A stretch of DNA of 45,218 nucleotides, from the NCBI GenBank assembly GCA_016839815.1, contig JAEOTM010000159.1:1-45218 (forward strand), given 5' to 3'. Below the pieces are notes generated by a model. The model had not been told where the DNA came from and did not search any database. It saw nothing but the letters and a program-made list of their open reading frames with translations. Positions 37,247-45,218 of this stretch are shown one piece after another (position 1 is the first letter of the stretch; each line of letters starts with the position of its first letter). A program made the position numbers and the translations under genes. The DNA comes from Candidatus Hodarchaeota archaeon. Lineage in GTDB: Archaea; Asgardarchaeota; Heimdallarchaeia; Hodarchaeales; Hodarchaeaceae.

Positions 37247-38254
37247 ATGAGGAAGAAAAACGTTATTGTATTTTCAGCAATTATAATTTTGTCAATATCG
37301 ACAGTAGTAGGATGCTCAATTCCTAATGCAGATGATTCGATAGGTTTTACAGTAAGTTGGATAGATTACGACGACAATGAAGACGGAAACAAAGACAGAA
37401 TAGACATGACTTTAATGACAAGGTATTATGATGACGTTTATGTTATTGTAGACGCATTTATTGATATAAAAGTATGGGATAATGAAGAACAAGGATACAC
37501 CTCAGCTGATTTTATTACTCACCATCATGAGTCGTTTAATACGGCTGGAAACGGTGAAGGATATGTTTACGACTTTAGACCCGAATATGATGGTCAATTT
37601 CAAATAACAATTAGGATTTTTATGAATAATACTCTTAAACTGACTGAAGTGATTGATTGGCAAGGATGGAAGTCTGATATTACTGAAGGAGCCCAAGAAA
37701 GTACCTGGACAGATTATGATAAAGATAACGATGGCTTCAAAGATACTATTTCAATAAATTTCCTTCTTAAGCCAAACACCACAGGAATGATAGATGTTGA
37801 GGTCAATACTACGGCCTATTTACTAGATGAGGAAGCAACAAACCTAACTAATGTAGTTGTGGCATTTTCTGATACATCCCAAGTAAACTCCACTCTTGGA
37901 GCTACAATCTCGGTAAATATCACCTTAAACTCCCCACTAACAGGAGATTTAATCCTAGATAATAAAATCTTAATAACATACCTAAATTTCGAATTTGAAC
38001 TAGGATTAAACACAATATTATGGGAAAATGCTCACAGATATGCTGATGGTCCACTTCTCTCAGTGAAGGCAATTAATTTGGATTTAACACCAGATCCCAC
38101 AACAACTATACCATCTGATACAACAACTTCATCTTCAGAAAAAACATTTATACTAGGATTGAAACCATTGGATGGATCTGCTCTGTTAATTGTTACCTTT
38201 ATTGCTAGCATTATGGCAATATTGTTGATTACAGGTTTTGAACGGCGAAAGTAA
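37247..38254 (+). CDS. Secreted two-domain surface protein with DxDxDG loops and C-terminal TM
   Basis: MRKK signal peptide; WIDYDDNEDGNKDRI and WTDYDKDNDGFKDTI; Thr/Ser linker, TM, RRK. Confidence 0.8.
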   Translation: MRKKNVIVFSAIIILSISTVVGCSIPNADDSIGFTVSWIDYDDNEDGNKDRIDMTLMTRYYDDVYVIVDAFIDIKVWDNEEQGYTSADFITHHHESFNTAGNGEGYVYDFRPEYDGQFQITIRIFMNNTLKLTEVIDWQGWKSDITEGAQESTWTDYDKDNDGFKDTISINFLLKPNTTGMIDVEVNTTAYLLDEEATNLTNVVVAFSDTSQVNSTLGATISVNITLNSPLTGDLILDNKILITYLNFEFELGLNTILWENAHRYADGPLLSVKAINLDLTPDPTTTIPSDTTTSSSEKTFILGLKPLDGSALLIVTFIASIMAILLITGFERRK

Positions 38255-38276
38255 AGCTAAATGCTATTGAACTACA

Positions 38277-39119
38277 ATGATCGTTCCCTCATCTCTCTAT
38301 TCAGTACTTACTCATCCGCACAGGAGAACGATCATTAAAGAAATCTATTTGGAGAGAGAAGGATCAATTAAGCATTTCAAAGAAAGCCTGCAATTCAAAA
38401 CGGGAACACTTTACCATCACCTAAAGATTCTAATCAATGCAAATCTGATTATACAGAACGAGGATAGAAAGTACCTTCTAACACCTTTAGGTGAAAAATT
38501 AGTTATAGAATTATTAGAAGAGAGGGATTTACCTATTGAATCATCCACTACAGAAATTCACGCTGAAACAGTCAATCCTATAGTGATCAAAAAACTAACT
38601 ATCTTCGAAAAGATAATAAATCAGGTATTTGATAGAATCTACCTTAATTCAAATATATTACTACCAATTAATGTAATAGCAATCGTTTTTCTTGTCTTAA
38701 ACCTAGTTGAACTAAGATTAGGAATTCTAGGATGTTTTATGTTTCAGACCAGTGAACCGTTCGGATCATCAATATCTTTACTATTCTCCCTATTTGCTAT
38801 ATCACTTTTAATCTGGTTAATACCAAGATTGTTTGAAAAATCAGAACCATTCTCTTTAGAGTTTATGATATTGACAACCTCACTCTATTTACCGATTTCT
38901 ATTGTAACTGGTATACTTAGGATAGGGAAAATGGTACCTTTAGTCACTGATATACAGACACCACTACTAGCAGCATTTCAATTAGTAACACAACTTTTTT
39001 GGATAATATGGATATATCTAGTTATCAGAAACATCTTTCTTGTTGAAAAGAAATCAGCTCTCATTGTTTCCTTTTTATTGAACTACTTCTTACTCTCCCT
39101 AACTCTAATAGTTCTTTAA
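38277..39119 (+). CDS. ArsR-like winged-HTH protein fused to a multi-TM domain
   Basis: LTHPHRRTII...GTLYHHLKIL...YLLTPLGEK followed by about 5 TMs; 22 bp after the upstream CDS. Confidence 0.85.
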   Translation: MIVPSSLYSVLTHPHRRTIIKEIYLEREGSIKHFKESLQFKTGTLYHHLKILINANLIIQNEDRKYLLTPLGEKLVIELLEERDLPIESSTTEIHAETVNPIVIKKLTIFEKIINQVFDRIYLNSNILLPINVIAIVFLVLNLVELRLGILGCFMFQTSEPFGSSISLLFSLFAISLLIWLIPRLFEKSEPFSLEFMILTTSLYLPISIVTGILRIGKMVPLVTDIQTPLLAAFQLVTQLFWIIWIYLVIRNIFLVEKKSALIVSFLLNYFLLSLTLIVL

Positions 39120-39435
39120 GAGCGTTGATCCATGTCAGATTGAGGGAAATAATTAACGATTACAAGGATTATTTTGTGCTTTTTTTCTTTCTAACAATAC
39201 ACACTGCTATTAGACTTAGGATTAAAACCTTTGAGAAATATGGTGATTTTTCAGAAGAGGTGGATTGACTATCTTCGCTAGTATGACTAGTATAGGATTC
39301 ATTGAAATTGGTTTCCCACTGGATATCTCCTACTTCATCAATTTTTTAGCTTTTTATATCGAATTTATTTACACTAGTTGTTAGTTTATTGACTCCAATT
39401 TTGAATTTATTTCACTGTTCCAACAAGGGCCACTG

Positions 39436-39891
39436 TTATATTCGTAACAAACTAGAAAAACCATAAAAAAATAAAAAAGCCAAGAAAAAGATCACAACCC
39501 CAATCAATTTTTCGATTATTTCAGAATGATCTGTTTTTATCCTTTGAAAATCACTAGTAGGTTGCCCTTGTCTAATCCTCTTTGTCGAATTAGAGCTAGA
39601 TCTTCTCATTACAGGAAAATTCTGGATAAGGAGATGTTTTTGTGGATTTTGAGATATTGGAAGGGTGAGTTTTGAATAGGTGATTCCTAATTCATAATTT
39701 TTGAGTTCTTCTTGACAGACTGGACAATATCCTTTCTTTACTAACCACTGAGCAAGATGAAAGATGTGATAGGTTGAAGTACAAAACGGGCAAACAAAAA
39801 GGTGATTTTCCTCCTCCACTATTCCTCGACAAATCGCACACCTTTGAATAACTCGAACATTTTTCGTCGTTCCTGTTTGTTTCCTTTGCAT
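39436..39891 (-). CDS. RING-finger protein with C-terminal TM (paralogue of 34728..35288)
   Basis: CAICRG-x-CPFCTSTYHIFHLAQWL-x-CPVCQ; FQRI..H linker; C-terminal TM. Confidence 0.82.
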   Translation of the reverse strand: MQRKQTGTTKNVRVIQRCAICRGIVEEENHLFVCPFCTSTYHIFHLAQWLVKKGYCPVCQEELKNYELGITYSKLTLPISQNPQKHLLIQNFPVMRRSSSNSTKRIRQGQPTSDFQRIKTDHSEIIEKLIGVVIFFLAFLFFYGFSSLLRI

Positions 39892-40220
39892 TTTCTACTC
39901 TATCTTATTCCGCTTTATTCATACACCCGTATGTGTATGCTTCTACATTCTTATCAAAGGCTGTTTTAGTTAGAGTGTCATCCTATAAGGGCTCAGGGAT
40001 ATCGGAACTATGATGACATTCTAGAGGAAAAGTGACGATTAGAAAAACTAACGCGATGGAGAAGAATTAACAAAAAAATATGTAATATATTTCATGATTC
40101 TTAAGAAATAGTAAGAGAATCGACTACAAATTCTTTCTTGGTATAGAAGAAAATCTTAAAAGTAATTAAAGACTATAAATATCGATCTTTGAAATTTTGA
40201 AGATGAGAGGAAAGAGATCT

Positions 40221-42272
40221 ATGAATTTTACTAAAAAAAGTCACATACTCTTGTTTATTTTAGGATTAACCGTTTTAGTCATTTCACCTAAACATTTAGT
40301 ATTAACTATCCAGTTTAAGCAATTTACGCCAGATGCTTCATTCATTGGAGAAGCTGCAAGCGATAGAGCAGGTGAAAAGGTAGCTGGAGCTGGAGATGTC
40401 AATAATGATGGATATGCTGACATTTTAATCGGCGCAGATAGTAATGATGAAGGAGGAAGCAATGCGGGGAAAGTGTACTTGATTCTTGGACGTGCAGATG
40501 TCACTCAATGGAATGGGAGTTCCCCCCTGGATCTCAACTATGCGAATGCCTCGTTTATTGGTGAGGAAGCAGGGGATAATGCTGGTTATGCCCTAGCTGG
40601 AGTCGGGGATGTCAATAATGATGGATATGCTGACATTTTGATTGGCGCAAGTGGTAATGATGAAGGAGGAAGCAGTGCGGGGAAAGTGTACTTGATTCTT
40701 GGGCGTGCAGATGTGAACAGCTGGGGTGACAGCTCTCCCCTAGATCTCAGCTATGCGAATGCCTCGTTTATTGGCGAGGAAGCAGGGGATGGAGTTGGTT
40801 GGACTCTAGATAGAATTGGAGATGTTAATAATGATGGATTTGCTGACATTTTGATCGGCGCAGATGGGAATGATGAAGGAGGAAGCAATGCAGGGAAGGC
40901 TTATCTGATTCTTGGACGTGCAGATGTCACTCAATGGAATGGGAGTTCTCCCCTAGATCTCAGTTATGCGAATGCCTCATTTATTGGCGAGGAAGCTGAT
41001 GATGGAGCTGGCATTGGACTTGCGGGAGTTGGAGATGTTAATAATGACGGGTTTGCTGACATTTTGATCGGTGCAGCTGGGAATGATGAAGGAGGAAGCT
41101 ATGCAGGGAAGGCTTATCTGATTCTTGGGCGTGTAGATGTCACTCAATGGAATGGGAGTTCCCCCCTGGATCTCAATTCTGCGAATGCCTCATTTATTGG
41201 TGAGGAAGCAGGGGATAGAGCTGGTGATTATGGAGTTGATGGTGCAGGAGATGTCAATAAAGACGGGTTTGATGATATTTTGATCGGTGCTTATGATAAT
41301 GATGAGGGAGGTAGTAATGCAGGGCAGACCTATCTGATTTTTGGCCGAGCAGATGTCACTCACTGGAATGGCAGTTTCCCCCTCGATCTTAGTTACGCGA
41401 ATGCTTCGTTTATTGGGTCAGAAATCGGTACTCGGAGCGGTTACTCTCTTGCAGGAGCGGGGGATATTAACAAAGACGGGTATGATGATATATTGAATGG
41501 TGTGTTCTTTTTTGATAATGAACTCGGTGCAACTTACCTTAATTTAGGAAAACCTACAGGCCAGTGGATGAAAGATGTAAATTTAATCGCCTCAGATGCT
41601 TTTTTCTTTGGTGAAGAGGAGTATGATTCTTTAGGTACTTCTGTAGCTAGCGCTGGAGATGTGAACAATGATGAGTATGATGATTTTTTAACAAGTGCAG
41701 ATGGGAATGATGAAGGAAGTAGCAATGCTGGGAAAACTTATCTGATTCTAGGAGCAGCAATAACTGGACGGTTGATCATTAGAATACAACAGATTTCTGT
41801 TGATTACCGTACAATTGAGATCACTTTTAATGTTAGGAATCCCCAGGGGAATGCAATTCCTAATGCCCAGATGGAGGTCTCCAATCAGACACAGGTCTGG
41901 ACAGGGTTGACAAATGCAACTGGACATTTTAAAGTGTCAATGGCGTTTACTCCGCTTGAATTTATTCTCGAGGTCCAGGCTAGCGGCATACACCCTTATA
42001 CTCCTAGCACAGAAAATTTCATTATTCAGATTGATCTCACGGGCGAAGAACTGACAACTGAAATTGATAACACCACAGAATCGACAACATCGACAACTAC
42101 TACCAAAGCGACAACCACGGATGGAGAAAATTCAATGTTAAGTACAACTACGACTACTACCACTACTACGACAACGGAAACAGGTCCTGGAGGCTTATTT
42201 TATGAAGCTTTGATCATTTTAGGACTCTTTCTGGGTAGACGACGATATAGCCAAAGGAGAAGCCAAAAATAA
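40221..42272 (+). CDS. FG-GAP (integrin-alpha-like) seven-bladed propeller surface protein with poly-Thr stalk and C-terminal anchor
   Basis: Seven GDVNNDGxxDILIGA...AGKxYLILG repeats; start 40197, 40203 or 40221. Confidence 0.92.
   Translation: MNFTKKSHILLFILGLTVLVISPKHLVLTIQFKQFTPDASFIGEAASDRAGEKVAGAGDVNNDGYADILIGADSNDEGGSNAGKVYLILGRADVTQWNGSSPLDLNYANASFIGEEAGDNAGYALAGVGDVNNDGYADILIGASGNDEGGSSAGKVYLILGRADVNSWGDSSPLDLSYANASFIGEEAGDGVGWTLDRIGDVNNDGFADILIGADGNDEGGSNAGKAYLILGRADVTQWNGSSPLDLSYANASFIGEEADDGAGIGLAGVGDVNNDGFADILIGAAGNDEGGSYAGKAYLILGRVDVTQWNGSSPLDLNSANASFIGEEAGDRAGDYGVDGAGDVNKDGFDDILIGAYDNDEGGSNAGQTYLIFGRADVTHWNGSFPLDLSYANASFIGSEIGTRSGYSLAGAGDINKDGYDDILNGVFFFDNELGATYLNLGKPTGQWMKDVNLIASDAFFFGEEEYDSLGTSVASAGDVNNDEYDDFLTSADGNDEGSSNAGKTYLILGAAITGRLIIRIQQISVDYRTIEITFNVRNPQGNAIPNAQMEVSNQTQVWTGLTNATGHFKVSMAFTPLEFILEVQASGIHPYTPSTENFIIQIDLTGEELTTEIDNTTESTTSTTTTKATTTDGENSMLSTTTTTTTTTTTETGPGGLFYEALIILGLFLGRRRYSQRRSQK
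40330..41500 (+). repeat. Intragenic tandem repeat, about 213-bp period
   Basis: ggagatgt(c/t)aataatga motif recurs near 40392, 40605, 40818, 41031, 41247, 41460. Confidence 0.85.
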
Positions 42273-42503
42273 GGGCGCTTGGATTGATGTTTGATAAAAT
42301 AGCCTGCTATATGTTGAACATTGAATTCGTTTTATTTGGTCATGATGGCTTGTCTCGTATAATTGACAATAGTACTTGCCCAATTTCCCTTTCACCAGAA
42401 TGTTTTGTTTTAATTTCTGATTAATAGATTTTCCTAAAGACCTTTTGGATGTTTTATCTCTTTGAAGGGGGGAGAGTAAACCATCTAGAGGTAAATTTCC
42501 AAG

Positions 42504-43520
42504 TTATGATGTAGTAAAGAGCTTTATCCATTCTTCGTGAGTAAAATAGGCCTTTGATTCACCTGACAGACACCTTTTCCTTATAATCTCCAACATACTT
42601 GGATAATCTTCGGTTGTGTTTCCAGCATTAATTGTTTCAGAAATTGCAGTATAAAGAAAAAAATCATGAAAATAGAGAAAATCAGGCATTAAAATAATCC
42701 ATTTATCGTCCAAGGTAAAATATTTTGAATAACCCCTGTAAAATGAAGGAATAAACTCCTGTAAAACCTTAATTGCGGATTTGACAGGTTTTTCCCAGAT
42801 TAAACTCCAAATTAATATTACCATATCATAAATAAACCAATTGTAACAACATGAATCAAAATCAAATAATGTAAACCTGGTTTTATTATAAATATAGTAG
42901 TTTCCCCAGTTCAAATCTCCATGAACTATTCCATAGGCGTTTTTAGGTTTAGATAGGGTTGAGATCCAATTTATCAGAGAGGAATATAGTTCGATAATGT
43001 CTTTGTCTTTTTCGTGGTCTAAAATGATGTCATATTTTAGAAAAATGTCTTCTTCAAATTCTATTCTTTTATAATTCATATGAGGTACAAAATCTGCTGA
43101 TAAACTATGCATTTTGCCCAATATTTCTCCCATTTTTTCCCATAGAGTATCATTCCATTCATCTGGATCTCGAAAATTAATGTAATTTCCTAGTGCTTTG
43201 CTGAAAGATATGACTATATAGGATTTGTTATCAATCCTTATCTCTTCTACATACTTATTATTACATGAGAGCTGAGGTTTTGAGACAGGAATGTCATTTT
43301 GAGCAAGATAATTTATCCAATCAACCTCTGCTTTTATTTGAATAAATGATTTCTTATCAAGATTCATATCTGTTTTTATTCGAATTAAAAACTCTTTCCC
43401 CTTTATTGAATATCCATAAAAAAGATGATCAAAGCCCCCTTCAAATTTTAATCCCCGAGAATCTATATTATATAGGCGTGCAACCTGTTTAAGGAGGGAA
43501 TGACTGATTTCGAAGGACAT
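42504..43520 (-). CDS. APH/homoserine-kinase-type phosphotransferase (YerI/AmiN-like)
   Basis: AEVDWINYL, GEILGKMH, GIVHGDLNWGN, FDFD..CYNWFIYD. Confidence 0.88.
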   Translation of the reverse strand: MSFEISHSLLKQVARLYNIDSRGLKFEGGFDHLFYGYSIKGKEFLIRIKTDMNLDKKSFIQIKAEVDWINYLAQNDIPVSKPQLSCNNKYVEEIRIDNKSYIVISFSKALGNYINFRDPDEWNDTLWEKMGEILGKMHSLSADFVPHMNYKRIEFEEDIFLKYDIILDHEKDKDIIELYSSLINWISTLSKPKNAYGIVHGDLNWGNYYIYNKTRFTLFDFDSCCYNWFIYDMVILIWSLIWEKPVKSAIKVLQEFIPSFYRGYSKYFTLDDKWIILMPDFLYFHDFFLYTAISETINAGNTTEDYPSMLEIIRKRCLSGESKAYFTHEEWIKLFTTS

Positions 43521-43986
43521 TTCAATGAAGGATCATAACTGAAGAGAAATTTTAAAGATTCCTTATTATTTCGTCTCGGTCAAGAGGAATGTGAACCGCT
43601 ATATACCGAATATCTCCCCCGAGTATCAACCAAAAAAGGGAAATCTAAGGGAGAAAACATAGGAAAAAGAAATATGAGGGGTACCAACTGAGGAGAGGGA
43701 AAAGAAACAAAATGTATGTAATTGTTAACTCAAAAAAGAAATAATAAACTTTAGGACGCTATAGTGGATATGGGCTACAGTCAATATGGGCTTTTGATTA
43801 TAAAACGAAATCTTGGACTAATTTAAATCCATCAAAAACTTGGAAATTGATTTAATTGCAGTAATTCTGGTTATAATTATCAGAAGAAAGATTAAATAAA
43901 GTTCGTAGGTATAGAGAATGAACTATGTCTACAGAAATTATGGTATTCCCAGTTATGATCGAAGGAATGCTATCTATTCTTTTGCT

Positions 43987-44640
43987 TTAGTTCTTAGTCC
44001 ATTGACAATTTTTCACAAAGATTTGACAGATGAGTGTAAAAAACTCGTTACTTCCAAAAGGAAACCATTCAGGTTTCTCGTGGTTGAAAATAAATGACCC
44101 AATTAACTTTGAAATTGGATAATTCAGGACATGGTCAAACCGTAGATAGTTTTCGCTTCGTCCAGATAATATTTTTTCCATTGTCTCTCGGATTGTAGGA
44201 TAATGAGATTTTAAGGTGATAAACTCTTCAATAAGCGGCTTAAATCCTCGTAAGGCTACTGCATTCTTGAATGCAAAGCCCTCTCCCAATTCTGTCCCAT
44301 CAAGTACTGGATGAGGTTTTAACTGATCTATAGGAACAGTCTCGCTAAATAAAAAGGATTGAGAGAGATAGGGATAAAAATTCACTAATATTCCTTGTGG
44401 TATTAACACTCGTTTGACTTCATCTAATCCTTCAATCATTTTATCAACCGAGGGAAGACAACACAGAGAATAATTGAAGAAGACAATTTGTGTAGTTTCG
44501 GTACCGAGAGGAATTCGTTTCCCCATGGCACATCCTCCAAGAAAACCATACTTCAGCTTTATCACACCCCTATGGTATTGATTGTTCCGTGTAATAGATG
44601 AACAAGCCTTAATAAGGTGAACTAAAGAAATCCTCCTTAT
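43987..44640 (-). pseudogene. Probable degraded class I SAM-dependent methyltransferase
   Basis: Retains IPL...IVFFNYSLCC...LDEVKRVLIPQG but has no GxGxG motif I; upstream fragment ...GTINTIGV lies in another frame with stops. Confidence 0.45.
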
Positions 44641-45218
44641 TGTCGGATTTTTTCATCATTATACACGAGGAATGGGATTATCAAACCCCTTACCTTCCAA
44701 AATGAGATTTAACTGACAACAAATGAGAAGAAATTCGGGCGCTAGATAACCTTCAAAATATTCAATTCTTTAAAATGTGAAACACTCGTTCTCAAAAGAA
44801 AACGATTTTTAAGAAGGCTTTGATAATGACTATAGAGAAAAAAAGATTTTACCACCAAAAGCCACAATTAAACTTAAGTACATACATGACCATGTACGGA
44901 CATGTACTGGAATTCGTTTCCCCACATTTTATATATTTTTTGAAATTTGTAACAAATGTGGGGCCAAACAAGGATCTAGTTGTTATTAATGAAAAGCTTG
45001 AGTGTGGAAAGCGTAAATAAGAATAACCAGACTTAAGACCCGAACTACTCATACACACTGTTTACGACTCCTGTAGACTAACTGACGAGAGGACTGACCA
45101 TTTCCACATTATTTAACAGAATTGGAGAATTTTACTTAAGAAAATTATCATATACATCTCCAGTGTCTATAGATATTGTTTTCAAAGCTGTCTGCCAGGT
45201 CTACGAAGAAGATACCCA

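Noticed and set aside
40330-41500. Possible CRISPR array or DGR template/variable repeats
   Set aside because: Repeats are in-frame 71-codon protein blades without unique spacers; no cas or reverse transcriptase gene; differences are not visibly adenine-specific
44820-45058. ORFs 44820..45020 (+) and 44849..45058 (-)
   Set aside because: Mutually overlapping, short, no recognisable motif

Overview
AT-rich archaeal chromosomal window. The combination of an HMf-type histone, RING-finger proteins, a 23-aa LRR protein and about 11 Thr/Ser-linker + PGF-like C-terminally anchored surface proteins suggests an Asgard archaeon, probably Heimdallarchaeia/Hodarchaeales-like (inference). Housekeeping and metabolic genes (RNase HI, IlvE, NUDIX, transglutaminase-like, GIY-YIG, peroxiredoxin, PLD, histone, phosphotransferase) alternate with blocks of secreted repeat proteins (Kelch, two NosD beta-helices, FG-GAP, beta-propeller, Ig-like arrays). 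No rRNA, tRNA, CRISPR array, transposase or integrase was recognised. Most interesting observations: (1) a Thoeris-ThsB-like TIR domain fused to a Yippee/Mis18-like zinc domain, head-to-head with a 2TM protein and a TPR protein (candidate immune module); (2) two divergent knotted carbamoyltransferases with carbamate kinase, MFS and an SsnA-like amidohydrolase (candidate archaeal variant of anaerobic purine/ureide catabolism); (3) a polybasic, polyproline protein ending in an alpha-SNAP-like domain; (4) a duplicated promoter + leader + signal-peptide cassette fused to two unrelated passengers, whose leader stem shows three compensatory base-pair changes; (5) a 6.7-kb surface-protein block bounded by 39-48 bp direct repeats; (6) two membrane-tailed RING paralogues; (7) a zinc-ligand-dead Ste24/M48 homologue. 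All family calls come from motifs read by eye; no searches were run.
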